64,000 bases of DNA from Zancudomyces culisetae HAW-14-8 (GCA_052426225.1 JBNJNM010000008.1:434001-498000), one strand, 5' to 3'. Counted from the first letter of the stretch, positions 47,060-60,141 are shown. Notes: generated from the sequence alone by a model not told the origin. A program made the numbers and translations.

Positions 47060-50000
47060 CTAAGAAGAGTCTTCATCGCTATCATTGCCGTCCTCATCCT
47101 CATCCTCATCCTGATCCTGATCCTGATCCTGATCCTGATCCTCACCCTCATTTGCACTTTCAGCACTAGAACTGACATTATTATTATCATCATCATCATT
47201 ATCGACATCCATATGTGTGCCAGTAGAACCCGACTGATGCTGGTAAACTAGTTTGCCAAGAGAATCGAGTCCGCTAACAAAAAAGGTGTTGCCCTCTTTG
47301 TCATGATCGATATCCATGCCATCCTTTTGTTGTCCAGAAGTGACAGAAGATGAATAAAGCTCATTGGTATCGTTGTATTCAGATGAAGGCAGCAATAAAT
47401 CGTAGGTTTCGTTTTTAACCAAAGTTAAATTGGCAGATTCGCGACCATTTTCCAAAAATGGAGCAAAAAAGTTGGAAAGGGAAGGGTAGGAAAGGAACAG
47501 GTCTTTGTGGCAAATAACGTAGAGCCCCAGCCGAGCTCTGGAAAAGGCGACAAGTAATCTGCGGACGTCACGTAAGTAGCCAATGGTGCGAGTTTTGACT
47601 AGCGAGAGGATAACGTAGTCGTTTTGGAGACCTTGGTACTGATCCACAGTCGAAACAGTGGGGAAATACGCTTTGTTTTTGACCCTGACGTTCAAAATAT
47701 CGAGAATAAGCGATTTCTGGCCATTGTAAGGCGTGAGAATAGAGATCTTTTGTGGAGGGTAACCGATAAGTGCCATATACTGGAACAAGGCAACCGCATA
47801 TTCTGCTTCAACTACATTAACAATGAAGTGTCGAGAAGGCTCGGATTCGCCACGGTTGTGTTTTGATGGTGAGATGTTGATCAGCTGGAAGTTGTAGGCA
47901 AAGCCAGGGTTTCGTCTATAATCAAGCAAGCTAGGAAGGGTATGCAAATCAAGTAGATTGGGGTATTTCCATCTAAACAGGTCGGCTAGTTGTGGTCGAC
48001 AACGCGCCTGTCTATCCAGCATTATATGTGGGTTTTTCAGCCTGATCAGCCGTGCAAATAAAGACTGGTCAAGATTTGTAGCCTTGGCCAGCTCTAGGTT
48101 TTTGATGACTGGTGGTAGCTGATAAGGATCACCGATCAGCACGATTCTCTTTGGGCCACAACTACTATTGACGTTGGCATTGTGAGTATTCTGGTTAGTA
48201 TTTGCCTGAATGATGCAGCTCAAGAACGTTTCAATTTCGGTCAGCTGTGCTGCCTCTTCAATAACCACATTCTCAAACGTGAAACCCAGCCTTATAAAGT
48301 TAAAGTAGTTTATGGCTGCATGCGAGCTGGTCATTGCTACGATCCTTGCTGTGTTTGTCAACAAGTAATTTGATCTGTCGCCGCTAGACGGCAACAGCTC
48401 AAAGGGTCTAATCGTCTCCAATTCCACAAAGACCGATTTTATGCTATTAAAGAGCTTTTTGCACTTTTTTAGAATCTGTTTGTTGTCGCTGCACTCTTCA
48501 AACAAATCAATATTTTCAGCAATTGGCTCTCCACTGGAATTTGCTGCAGCTTCACGCGTGAAAAACAAGGTGAATGGAAATTGAGATATCAATTGGTCAC
48601 GAGACATATTTACATCAACACTGCTAATAAACAAATTCCACTTTGTCACCACCTTCGAAACATAGAAATAGCTGGCAGTTTCACAGGTATAAAAAAAGTC
48701 GCTGTCCTCAATCAAAGCCTTTGACAATCTATCGACTAGTGCCAACAACTCTAATCTTCTTTCCAAAAACGAATCAACTCGACCAGACTTGGTGTAGCTT
48801 TGGGTGGCATTCAAATCATATTCGCCATGTCCAAGCCGCAGCAAATGGCTTTGATTGATATTCAAGTCAATCACCTTCTCAAATATCTGGTTAAGCGCGT
48901 TATTGCTATGAGTAATCACCAGCGTCTTTTGTGTCGGATAAGAGTGATACAGGTTGTTAATCAGTTGCACCGCCACATCTGTCTTGCCGGTTCCTGGTGG
49001 GCCTATTATTAGAGTTGGTGTTTGGTTATTATCTGACATGCCTGACTTGATGGCCTTGATTTGGATAGGAGTAAACCGGATTCTATTTCGCTTTAAATGA
49101 TCATAAACTGACACTGATGAAGATGACAAAGAAGCTACTGTTGATGTAACCGAAATATTTCTTGTCTTTTCATTGAATTCCAGTGTCCAGTTAGAGTGGT
49201 TCCAGTCCCTTTTCTTGTTGCTTTTTTCATCAAATACGACCTGGTAATCCGGGAATGACTCCAGCAAGTGCTGTTTATCCACAAACGTATCCACAAAATT
49301 CAGTTTTGCCCCTTCACTACCGCTCTCATTCGATTTTTCGCTAGCAGTAATCCCAATAATCCGATTTCTAAACCATTCTGGGATCGGCAACCGCTCATAA
49401 TTCTTTAGTGCCCCAATAGTCGCTTCCAACACCGATTTAAAGCTATTGCTTTGAGGATTTCTTCGCACCAATAGATTGTATTTAAATTCATCACCGTGCC
49501 CTGCCACATCCCCACCACCATCAACCTCATCATCAGTCCCATCGCTGCTATTGTATTCGTGCGTTTGAGAAAATGCTGTTGGATCAATCTCGGCTATAAT
49601 GCTGCCCCAACCCTGCTCCTTTGTTTCTGCTGTAACAAGTTTATCATTTGCATCCAAAAACCTCAACACTTGACATCCTCGCAACTTTTTAATATTAAAC
49701 ATGTCTACCTCCACCAAGAATATATGATCACCCGCCTTTAACTCCGAGTACCATTCCTGCCTAACGCTGTTCATATACTCTCCTGTCAATGCCACCCTTA
49801 TCTGCACTTCTGTTTTGCTAAGCACATCTTCACCTATTCTCCTTTTCCCCATCCCTACCACAGCTATCTCTTTTATTTTCACCCCCATTCTGCTCCATCC
49901 CCCGAAAACTGTCTCTCTCGGCTGAAGTACATCTATGTATCCTGCCGTAGTATCTATCCGTTGTGGCTTCATTTGGCGGATTACTTGCATTATGTCTTGT

Positions 50001-51574
50001 TTGATGTCATAAAAGCTTGCTTGTCTATACACTTGATAGTTCCTAACTAGGTAGTCTCTAAGACTCAAAAATTGTTGATTCAGCTTGTTCCCTATATATC
50101 TCTTCCCTTCATCGCTTTCTTCATCCTCAACACCCCTCCCACCTTTATCCGTCTTCATGTCCTTCTCTGTTGGATAGTACCCCTGGCTCTCCATTTCTCT
50201 CACCCTATCGATCCCCTTTATCTGATATTTCCTAGCTATCACCTTAATTCTAATCTTCTCAACATCGATATTTTCCAACTCTGTATCAATTAACACGTTT
50301 TCCTTTTCTATTTTTGCCATTTCCAGCACAGAAGCTCGTTCTTCAACTGACATACTCTCCAGCTCTGCCTCCAACCTTTCAGCCGCTCCAAACTCTCTAA
50401 TACTGCTTACAGCCAGTCTTCGACTTCGTTCTTTACCATCACTGCTTCCAAATATTTTTATTTGCAGTTCATTGATTGATTTGTATTTGCTCTTTTCGAT
50501 CTCCAGCTTGCTAAGCTCTCTCCCCGTTATATCCTCTATAGGAAATCCTATGAAGTACTCCAACTGTCGTACGACTTTGATCAACCTATCGTGATTTCTC
50601 CTGTTTTTCATTAATGGGCTTTCCATAATTATTGTTGTAAGACCAAATTCGCTCAGTATGGTGTTGAAAAATCGTCTGGTCGACAGCTGTCCTATCAAGT
50701 CTATCACAAATTCGAGCACCTTTTCTACATACTTTAGTACCTCCTCCTCGCTGTCCTTTTCTGGAGTCACATACATACATCTAACAAGATCTCTTGTTAT
50801 TTCCAACAACAACCCTGCTTCCATATCTTTTTGCATCCTTTCCTCTGAACTTTGCTCCTTTCTTTTCTTCTCCTTGTGCTTCCACAGTTTTTTCAACCCT
50901 TCTTGGTTGCCTATTTTTTCCTTTCTCTTTTCTTTACTGAGCACTCCTCGCCATACATCCATTCCCACTATTTTTGCCACTTCTTTTCTAATACAATCCA
51001 CCTCCAAACTCAGTATAGTCTTCTGCAACACGTTTAGCAATTTTCTTCTTTTCCACATATCATTACTTTTTTCTTTCAATGTTCTATAGTAATACGCATA
51101 GTATTGCTCCATAAACTTTGATATTTTTTCCTCCCCTCCCTCGGCCTTCCGCATTTCTTCCCAATCAAGTACTTTTTCTTCGTACTTTTTCGAAAGCACT
51201 GCTATCATTGTCAACATAAACTCCTCATTAACAGCTGACTTTTCGTTTGCTCCTTTTCCATCTCCAAAGAATCGCCATAGATACTATTTCATTATTCGAT
51301 ATTGTGTTAATACCATTATTCTCACCATTTTTTTTCTTCAATCGTTTTATTAAAAGATTATCTATTATATTTAAACAATATGTACCTTTTCAAAAAATTC
51401 TGACAATTCCAATCTACCCAGCTTTTCCTCATCTCGTGTTAAAACCCAGCCTTTATAAACTTTCTCGACAACCTTGTCGTCAAAATGGACATTCTGACCT
51501 TTCCAATGTTTGCTCGACAACTCCTCCAACCCATCCCCCCTTTGTTTTTTGCTACCTCTTCCTTCTTTGACCAT
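47060..51574 (-). CDS. AQR: Intron-binding RNA helicase Aquarius (Cwf11); join(51386..51574,47060..51283)
   Basis: LELSEFFEK|YLW across an intron; KLNQQFLSLRDYLVRNY; RRNPQSNSFK; GPPGTGKTDVAVQ; THSNNALN; TVDQYQG; VAFSRARLGLY. Confidence 0.96.
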
Positions 51575-52224
51575 TTTACAAAATTTATTTATTTGTGAGC
51601 AAGCTCCTGTACTATTTTTTTCTATTCGTGTATTTAGCGTACTAAAAAAAATTTTAGATTATTGAATACTAGTATTTTATTTGCCTGAAAATCAATCTTT
51701 TCAATTCCTCGAAAGCAATATTCAAAATCAAAATCGGTTTTCGTGTTATTTCATCCCAGCTCAGAACTACAGTTAGAAAACTCTTGTAATGATAGCATCA
51801 ATGCTCTGCAATAAACAAGCAGATAACCAGACGTAGCTGAATGATAACATCCTTTTCGCTGGGTTGTATAAAGCTGGAAATAACTGGCATCTAAAACAGC
51901 AAAACTCACAAGAATAAAAAATCTTTGGTAGAGCTGGGCTATTACCAGACCACCCAGAAACGTTTGTCAGGCGTTTTCCTTTAGTATAGTTATATTTAAT
52001 ATACAAAAATAAGTACATATGAATAGGGTATCACGGGATAAATTCTAGGTATATCGGAAACTTGCTATCATAGTATAATCCTGTGAATATGGCATGGGTC
52101 TATCAAGACCTTTTAAACTCTCGAAAATTAATTGTGAAAAAAAAAAGAATCAAAGAAAAAAATAAGACAGATACGCTCCATGACACAGTGCTATTATAAA
52201 TATTACACGTGATGTACAGCTGTA

Positions 52225-52711
52225 TTATAACACTTCCTTTTCAAATTCCACGATTTTTCTCAGATTGTCAGGATGTGTTCGCTTCATCAAATCTCCAATG
52301 CTCATTTTATCCTTGTATTCCTCCAAAAATTCTCGAAGTGTCATGTTTCGTATTTCCTCTGGTATCTCTCGTATTCCTTTTTCAAAAACATACTGCAGTT
52401 CCATGACATTAATTTTGTGTTTTAATTCCACCTCATATATTTTTGCGTTTACTATTTTTTATACACCAAAGCGGTATTATAAAGTAGAACTATTGGGATG
52501 TCGAGTAGAATTTAGATACTCTATTTAAACGTTAGATAAAATCCACTTTTTTGTATTATATTAAATTGAACTATTGTAATTAAAGAAGTTTAAGTTTACC
52601 TTCAGAATCAAAATTTGTATAAATAGAATTAAGATCCCTAGTATCGACATCGAAATCAATCTCAAACTCTGAAGATTTCTGCTTTAACGAATTCGAGTCA
52701 CAAGTAGACAT
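52225..52711 (-). CDS. Nbl1/Borealin N-terminal-domain protein, 112 aa; join(52600..52711,52225..52451)
   Basis: Splicing GTAAAC..TAG gives NFDSEVNAKIYEVELKHKINVMELQYVFEKGIREIPEEIRNMTLREF, matching the Borealin/Nbl1 pattern FDxEV...IPxxIRxMTLxEF. Confidence 0.75.
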
Positions 52712-54094
52712 TATTGATGGTATTTACGGGTGTATATTTCGATTTGGGTTGTTCTTTTTATTTATTTTTTTCCTTTTGTTGGCTGTTTATTTTAGCTAAT
52801 AGTAATAATAATATATGCTTAATTTTAATATCCTTATTCAAGGTACTAGCCTAATCAATACAACTAAACGAGCCAAAAAAAATAGCAACAATAATAAAAA
52901 GCACTAGTGTAATTGGCAGTTAGGCTTTTGTTTGCAGCCATTAACAACTCTGTTTACGATGATTTTTCAATTTCTACGCCGATTTGTCCAGTCATGTGTA
53001 TAAAATACTAGAAGCCACGGATCATTTGGTGAACTGGCAATTATCCAAAAAAAAAAATACGGTTAGCCAATAGCGTGTAGACCTTTACTGTTCATTTCAC
53101 TGCTTAACTGATCCTATCATACAAATTTTCTTAGAAGGACCAAAATACAAAGTACAAGACGCAAGACTCAAGACTCAAGACATAAAGTGCAGAGTATACA
53201 CAATAAACAAAGTATAGTAACCTTGAGAGTAACTACCAACACTTATCGCTTCATTCATTCTTTATGAACATATATAAATGCAAGAATTGTGGTTATCTTA
53301 GCATTTTTTCTGTATAATCATAAATATTTAGTGCCATTTCTTGATTTAAGCATATTTTTAGCACCAAAAGAAACCTATAGACATTTATAAGAAAACTGTG
53401 TATACCAAACAGCAAAAAACGATTAATGGTAATGACATTGTTGAAGTTGGGTTGGAGCGATCTTTTTGGCAACTATATTTACCTGTATTACTGCTAGAGA
53501 AGCATGGATATGAAAGTATCAAACCGGTGAAAAATACTATTACTCGATGTACATAATATTAAGAACAACCATTATACAAAAGTTGTAGAAAGTGGGGAAG
53601 CTAATCGGATGCACCCAAATGAATTGTTTTAGCTTCACCACTATCCATCAACAAGGCCAACATGTTAAAATGGAAACCAAAGATTCTACATACGACATAA
53701 ATGCTGTGCAGATAATTGTATACATAGTTCGAGTCTGGATTCTGTACTGAACTTCAACAAGGATGCCAGTGTAGTGCTTAATTGAAGGAAAAAAAAGTTT
53801 GTTAGATCACGCCAAAAAAATGAATAGTTGGAATCGAATACTTGGGGAATTAGATTGGATAGAAAAGAAGGGAGAAACACTTGGCTTTTATTTTTGATTT
53901 GCAATTTTATTATCCAAGGCTATTTTTTTTTCGAAACCCAATTCTTTCTGCTCTCAGGAAAAACTATTTAACCCAAGAAATATACTTTTCAAGAGTATTC
54001 ACAATTTTTAACTAAATAGAACCAAGGGATTACTTTAAAGGAAAATTTAAAAAAATATAAAAGATAAGAATCAATCATAAAAATAAATACAAAA

Positions 54095-57000
54095 ATGTTA
54101 AAATCACCTCGAATTTTAAACAGAAAACTAGTCCCAAAGAATGTTAAGGTTAGCAAAACAGCTTTGACCCGAAATTTTTCCGCAATTCCCGCTCACATAA
54201 AAATAGCCAAGAGTAGTGCTCAGTCAAACAAAACTAGTATTTGTCACCAATACAATGGAGCCAGGAGAAGTTACTCGATAGAACTAAGCCAGGGAGGATT
54301 GGCAAAGAAAGCAGGGGCAAAAGCAGGATATATTAGAAAGGAGTATACGGTTGGCCAGGTGATTGAGGGCTTTGAGGTCAAAAAAGTGAAAAAAATTAAA
54401 GAATATGATATTGATGCAGTCATACTAGAAGATACAAGAACAGGAGCTCAGTGGTTACACTTGGGCAAAGACGACAGTAACAACGTGTTCAGCGTGGGCT
54501 TCAACACTTCCCCAAGCAACAGCAAAGGTATTCCGCATATCTTGGAACACGTGGCGCTGTGTGGGAGCAAAAATTATCCTGTACGTGATCCATTTTTCAA
54601 AATGCTCAATAGATCTCTATCGACATTCATGAATGCTTGGACAGCACATAACTACACACAGTATCCCTTTTCCACGCAGAATATGCAAGACTACCAAAAC
54701 TTGCAAGAGGTATATTTGGATGCTGTCTTTAACCCCTTGCTCCGAAAAAAAGATTTCGAGCAGGAAGGATGGCGATTGGAAAAGACAGAAGAGGGGCAGG
54801 AGGCAAAAGATGGAAACAAGTTTGAGATTAAAGGAGTGGTCTACAATGAAATGAAGGGTGTGTTTTCAGATGCCGATAATGTGCTACAATCAAAGGGTGA
54901 TCAAAGTTTTTTCAAGGGAACTACATACCAATACGAAAGTGGAGGAGAGCCAATGGAGGTACCAAAGCTTGGATATGAAGAGTTGGTAGAGTTTTATAAA
55001 ACACATTATCATCCAAGCAATAGCAAGTTTTATTCTTACGGAAGCTTTGAATTGGAACCACAGTTAAAGCGTGTGAGCAAAATTCTAGGCAACTATTCAC
55101 GGCTAGAGCCACATAAACAGCAAGACTTGGATAACATCAAGCACAGCGTTGAAAGAGAAGGGGGCGAATTTTTTGTTGAGATTGAGGGGCCAGTTGAGAG
55201 CGCAGAGAGCGTAGAGAAACAAAATAAATATTCAGTGAGCTATCTGATGAACGAAGTCAACAATACTTATGAAACTTTTGTGGCAGGGCTATTTTCAACA
55301 TTGCTGTTAAATGGTACATCTGCACCGATGCACAAGGCGCTGATAGATAGTGGGTTGTGTGCAGACTACTCGGCAAACAGTGGATACAACAATCAGACCA
55401 GAGAAACATCGCTGACAATTGGGTGCCAAGGCGTGTCACGACAGGACTTGGAACGCATAGACCAGGCAATTACGCAGACAATTGAGCAGGTGCATCGTGA
55501 TGGGTTTGAACCCATGCGTATAGATGCTGCAATACACAGTCTCGAATTGATGGTCAAGCATGATAGTGCGCATTTTGGAATGAACGTTATGAAGAGCATA
55601 AACGCAAGCTGGTTTTTGGGGAACAAGAATCCTATCGAGCTGATTGAATATGAAGAAAACTTGAATAAAATTAAGGAAAAACTGGCAGTTAACCAGGATA
55701 TCTTTAAGGAACTTATTGAAAAATATTTACTGAATTCTCAACACAAAATGAAGCTACTGATGAAGGCCAATCCTGACTATTCAGCCAAACTTGAAATACA
55801 GGAGCAAAAACTGACTGCCCAAGTTATTGAAGAGTACTTGGCGTCCCAAAAATCGAAGCAAACTAAGCAAACCGAACAAGAAGACGACGAAAAGGATGAG
55901 GAATGTCTTCCCTCTCTCAAACTTAGCCAGGTTGACAAACAAACTACTAGATATGTGCTGGATCATTGCAGCATCAACAAAGTACCTGTACAAACAAGAA
56001 TCACTCCCAAGACAAACGGAATCAGCTATGTCACAGCACTTCACAGTCTCAACCAAGGATCTGTGCTGGATAGTGAGCTTATCCCATACTTGACACTGTT
56101 CTGTGATAGTTTGACATACTTGGGTACTCGTGACAAATCCATGGCTGAACTTGAAACTGAAATCAACCTGCGAACCGGTGGATTCTCAATTTCACCATAC
56201 GTAGCATCGGATTATGCTGATCCAAATAATGATGTGCAGTTTGGAATATCTATTGGCTCCAACTGTCTGGATGCTGATGTAGCACATATGTACAGATTGT
56301 ACGGCGAGTTGGTAGCAGAAACCGACTTTGAAAAACATGCCACACGCTTGCAGACCCTTATCACAGCGAGTGCAGCTGGTGCGTTCAACAAAGTTGTAGG
56401 TAGTGGACATGGGTATGCAATGAACTTGGCAGCAAAAGATTTGGACCACGAAGCACATTTCAATTATCTCACAAGTGGGCTGGGGCAGGTGCAATTTATT
56501 GGCCGCTTGAGTTCTGCCAACATCGACGACGTTGTGTCAAAACTCAAACAGATCCAAAAGGCTGTTCTGGCCAGTAGCATCAAGGTTGCCATCAATGTAT
56601 CTACCGAAACTGCTGCTGATCAAAACACCCAACAACTATCTAAGCTATTGACTTCGGCCTTTGCAGCACGTTCGGCTGCCTTTGGCAATGAGAGCACTAA
56701 TGTCAGCTGGTTTGTTCCCAGTCCAAACTCAAACACTGCATTCAAACTGCCTTTTGCCACCAACTTTGCAGCGCGTGCGATCAAGACTGGTCCAACATAT
56801 TCACACCACGACTCGGCTGTACTACAGGTTCTGAGTAAACTGTTGGGTCCCAACCACCTGCACCCACAGATCCGTGAGCTCAACGGAGCATACGGGTCAG
56901 GGTGCTTGTTTTCGCCCATTACTGGTCTGCTATCATTCTTTTCGTATCGCGATCCCAACCCACAATTCTCACTTTCGACTTTTGATCGCTCCCACACTTT

Positions 57001-57343
57001 TGTTTCGTCCTCTAAGGATGCAATCGCTGCAAAGCTACTAGACCAAGCCAAGCTGTCTGTCTTTAAAGACATCGACTCGCCCATCGCCTCGTATCAACAA
57101 GGAAAGACCTACTTCCGCACCGGAATCACTGATGATATGCGCCAGACTCGACGCCAAGCCATTCTTGATGTCACCACAGCTGACATATTAGCCGCTGCTG
57201 AGACCTACATCAACCCCGCAAACCTTCCCCTCTCCTGTGACGCAGCCATATGTGACAACGCTAGCTTCGAATCAATTGTTAGCAACAGCGATGGCAAGAG
57301 TAAATGGAAATCCATTGACCTTTCTCTTTCTCTCCAACCTTAA
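54095..57343 (+). CDS. CYM1: Mitochondrial presequence protease (M16C; Cym1/PITRM1)
   Basis: Basic N-terminal presequence; GIPHILEHVALCGSKNYPVRDPFFKMLNRSLSTFMNA (HxxEH); KGVVYNEMKG; IRELNGAYG; SYRDPN. Confidence 0.97.
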   Translation: MLKSPRILNRKLVPKNVKVSKTALTRNFSAIPAHIKIAKSSAQSNKTSICHQYNGARRSYSIELSQGGLAKKAGAKAGYIRKEYTVGQVIEGFEVKKVKKIKEYDIDAVILEDTRTGAQWLHLGKDDSNNVFSVGFNTSPSNSKGIPHILEHVALCGSKNYPVRDPFFKMLNRSLSTFMNAWTAHNYTQYPFSTQNMQDYQNLQEVYLDAVFNPLLRKKDFEQEGWRLEKTEEGQEAKDGNKFEIKGVVYNEMKGVFSDADNVLQSKGDQSFFKGTTYQYESGGEPMEVPKLGYEELVEFYKTHYHPSNSKFYSYGSFELEPQLKRVSKILGNYSRLEPHKQQDLDNIKHSVEREGGEFFVEIEGPVESAESVEKQNKYSVSYLMNEVNNTYETFVAGLFSTLLLNGTSAPMHKALIDSGLCADYSANSGYNNQTRETSLTIGCQGVSRQDLERIDQAITQTIEQVHRDGFEPMRIDAAIHSLELMVKHDSAHFGMNVMKSINASWFLGNKNPIELIEYEENLNKIKEKLAVNQDIFKELIEKYLLNSQHKMKLLMKANPDYSAKLEIQEQKLTAQVIEEYLASQKSKQTKQTEQEDDEKDEECLPSLKLSQVDKQTTRYVLDHCSINKVPVQTRITPKTNGISYVTALHSLNQGSVLDSELIPYLTLFCDSLTYLGTRDKSMAELETEINLRTGGFSISPYVASDYADPNNDVQFGISIGSNCLDADVAHMYRLYGELVAETDFEKHATRLQTLITASAAGAFNKVVGSGHGYAMNLAAKDLDHEAHFNYLTSGLGQVQFIGRLSSANIDDVVSKLKQIQKAVLASSIKVAINVSTETAADQNTQQLSKLLTSAFAARSAAFGNESTNVSWFVPSPNSNTAFKLPFATNFAARAIKTGPTYSHHDSAVLQVLSKLLGPNHLHPQIRELNGAYGSGCLFSPITGLLSFFSYRDPNPQFSLSTFDRSHTFVSSSKDAIAAKLLDQAKLSVFKDIDSPIASYQQGKTYFRTGITDDMRQTRRQAILDVTTADILAAAETYINPANLPLSCDAAICDNASFESIVSNSDGKSKWKSIDLSLSLQP

Positions 57344-57588
57344 TTTTCTTCTCACCATATTCACTTTTCTCTTTTTTCTCCCACTTTTTGTGGTCATTTA
57401 ATATTTCTACTGTCTTAATTTGTTACCAACCCTTATCCATTAATAAACACATTAAAGTATTAAATAAAATAAAATAAAAAGAAGCTAAGTAGCATTCCAG
57501 TCTACATCAACTATTTCTACGATAACTATCCCAACCCCTCCTCCCCATTAGCCCATTTAGCTTGCGATTCCATTTACCCTCTTTGCTC

Positions 57589-60141
57589 TTAATCATCATC
57601 GTCTTCATAGAATCCGCTAATCGAGTGGTTAAACATCACCGCATCTACAAATGCCTTGTTTTTCGGGTTTTTGGCCATCTTATTCAAATTACTATCCTTA
57701 ATCTCCTGCTTGGCCAGCCGTTGCTTCAATCCACGGCGCGCCATCATCCGTTCCACTCGCGTCTGTCGAGTATTGTAATCTTCATCATTATCTGCAGAAT
57801 ATTCTGTTATGTACTGCCCCCTCATCCGCTGATCTCGTGTTCCTGCTTTAGCCATTCTTCCACTTGTCAAATCATCTATCAACTTTCTAACCTGTTTGTC
57901 GTCTTTTTCAACATCGTATTCCAAGTGCTTTTTTGCCAATTCTATCCTCTCTTTCGTGTTTTCTCCCTGGACCCCGGCTTTCCCTTTATCATCATGGTCT
58001 ATCATCTCGTCTTCTCGTAACAACCTATCCTCTTCATCTTCTTCCAACCCTTCATAATATTTATCTACCTCCTCGTCCTCGAACCGCTCTTTCTCTGTTT
58101 GCACCCTTCCGAATCTCTGCCCCATAATCCCATCCATATGTACCTCCTTTTCAATTTCCTTTTCTCCCTCGTCACCACTACTCTCGCTTCCAAGCTCAGC
58201 CTCTTGCTCAACAAACTTGCTCCTTTTTACTTTTTCTTTTTTTTCTCTTCCTGCTACTTCTTTTCTTTTTACCAATCTCCCTCCTTTTCTCCTAGACTCA
58301 CCCTCTTCTAATTCTCTGAAAACCATACTTGGAATATTATCCTCAGGCGTATCCTCCAACATTTGCGTGGGAATTGTTGCCACCTCCTCACCATCTTTCC
58401 TGCTTTGGCTATTTCCTCCAACTCTACGCCTGATACTTATTTTTACACTTTCCTCGTCGTCATCGTCGTCATCGTCGTCATTTTCGTTGTCGTCACCGGC
58501 ACTGACCCCCTCTCTACCCTCATCCTCCTCCTCTTCTTCTTGTTCCTGCTCCTCCTCTTCTTCACTATCACTAGCCTCATCATCTATCAAACTCTTGTAA
58601 TTTTCGTCGTCTTTGAATTCATCAAAGCCTCCTTTTGTACTCTTATGATGTTGTGGTGTGAATAGCATTGAGTCTTGTGTATCCATATCCATCATTTCAC
58701 CCTCTCCCCCTTCTTCGTCTTTCTCTTCTTCCGCATCTTCCTCTTCCTCTTCCTCTTCCTCTTTCTCTTCCTCTTCCTCATTTCCCTCACTGCTTTGTTT
58801 ATTTTTCGATCCTTCCAAGTTCTCCTCCATATCATTGTCAACATCATCCTCTTCCTCCTTCCCCTTTTTCTCATCATCATTACCCCTGACGTCACCCTGC
58901 TCAGTTTGACTATGTTGTGTCATCACTGCTTCCCATAGGATTTTGCTCAACTTTTTCATCCCCTTTGGCCCATCAATGCCTCTTGTAAGGATCTCATCCA
59001 TACTATTTATTTTCTCTCCACCTGCATGTTTTTGAGTCATCTTTTTATCATCTCCAGTTCTCGCTAGTTCTACATTATCTTTTTTCGCAACTTCTATAGT
59101 TTTCACCTTCTCTTCACTTGTATTTATAGACTTGAATTCCTTTTTTACCTTGATACTACTATTTGTGATTTCCAATTCCATGTAGTCTTCATCTTCCATT
59201 GCGTTACTAGCGTTATTTCCATTATCAACACCAGTGCTACCAATATCACTAATATTTTTTTGCGACCCGAGTATCGATTTTTCTTTGACTATCTTATTCC
59301 TGTTTCTTAGTCGTGCTAGGAACCAGTTGATATCCTTTTTATCAACCTTTGGTTCTATATTAATCGACGAGCTTCGCAATATTCTTTCCGTTTCTTTCCT
59401 CATTTCTTCTATTGCCTTTTTACTCAGTTTTTTGGTCTTTTTTCGTGCCTCTTCTCTATCTTTTGCACCATCTATGATAATCTCTACGAGTTGTTTTTCA
59501 CCATTTTCTGCACCACCTATACCAATATTTCTATCTTCAATACTCAGTGGATGCGGATTCTGAGGTTTATAAACCCCCTCTGCACCATTATTGTTGCTGT
59601 CGAGTTTATCAGTTCCCAACCTCCCTGTGATACCGCCATCCAACCACGAGTTAAATACATCAACTGCCATTTCGTTATTTTGAACTTCCTCTACTTCTTT
59701 TAATTTTTGTTTGTCCAAAGAGCTGTCATCAACCTTTATCTTTCCCACAGAATCAGCAACGTTTCTGATTTCTTTCCCAATATTTCCCCCCTCAAAGTCC
59801 ATCGATATTTCTTCAAATCCTGAAAATTCTTCCCCTATACCCATATCTTTTGCTGTACTCTCATCGTATGTATCCCTATTTGGTTTTTCGTACTCCTCTT
59901 CACTATCACTTTCGTCACTGTCTAGCAAGCCGCCAAGTAGTCCTCCCAACAGTGATTTATTACTTTTATCACCAACCTCTCTACCTACTCCCGCTTCTTT
60001 GAATTCCTCGAACACTTTCCACTTGTAGTTTTTGTTTGAATCTGCATTTTCCGATTCTTGTACCACCTTTTCCTCTTCCTCCTCTCCTTCATTGCCATTT
60101 AATGTGAAGTTTTCCTCCCAGTTATCTTCCACCCTACTCAT
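57589..60141 (-). CDS. MRC1: Mrc1/Claspin-like replication checkpoint mediator
   Basis: Very acidic low-complexity protein; C-terminal SKFVEQEAELGSES..EMIDHDD..DDKQVRKLIDDLTSG..MAKNPKNKAF resembles the MRC1-like domain; internal KKAIEEMRKETERILRS. Confidence 0.75.
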   Translation of the reverse strand: MSRVEDNWEENFTLNGNEGEEEEEKVVQESENADSNKNYKWKVFEEFKEAGVGREVGDKSNKSLLGGLLGGLLDSDESDSEEEYEKPNRDTYDESTAKDMGIGEEFSGFEEISMDFEGGNIGKEIRNVADSVGKIKVDDSSLDKQKLKEVEEVQNNEMAVDVFNSWLDGGITGRLGTDKLDSNNNGAEGVYKPQNPHPLSIEDRNIGIGGAENGEKQLVEIIIDGAKDREEARKKTKKLSKKAIEEMRKETERILRSSSINIEPKVDKKDINWFLARLRNRNKIVKEKSILGSQKNISDIGSTGVDNGNNASNAMEDEDYMELEITNSSIKVKKEFKSINTSEEKVKTIEVAKKDNVELARTGDDKKMTQKHAGGEKINSMDEILTRGIDGPKGMKKLSKILWEAVMTQHSQTEQGDVRGNDDEKKGKEEEDDVDNDMEENLEGSKNKQSSEGNEEEEEKEEEEEEEEDAEEEKDEEGGEGEMMDMDTQDSMLFTPQHHKSTKGGFDEFKDDENYKSLIDDEASDSEEEEEQEQEEEEEDEGREGVSAGDDNENDDDDDDDDEESVKISIRRRVGGNSQSRKDGEEVATIPTQMLEDTPEDNIPSMVFRELEEGESRRKGGRLVKRKEVAGREKKEKVKRSKFVEQEAELGSESSGDEGEKEIEKEVHMDGIMGQRFGRVQTEKERFEDEEVDKYYEGLEEDEEDRLLREDEMIDHDDKGKAGVQGENTKERIELAKKHLEYDVEKDDKQVRKLIDDLTSGRMAKAGTRDQRMRGQYITEYSADNDEDYNTRQTRVERMMARRGLKQRLAKQEIKDSNLNKMAKNPKNKAFVDAVMFNHSISGFYEDDDD

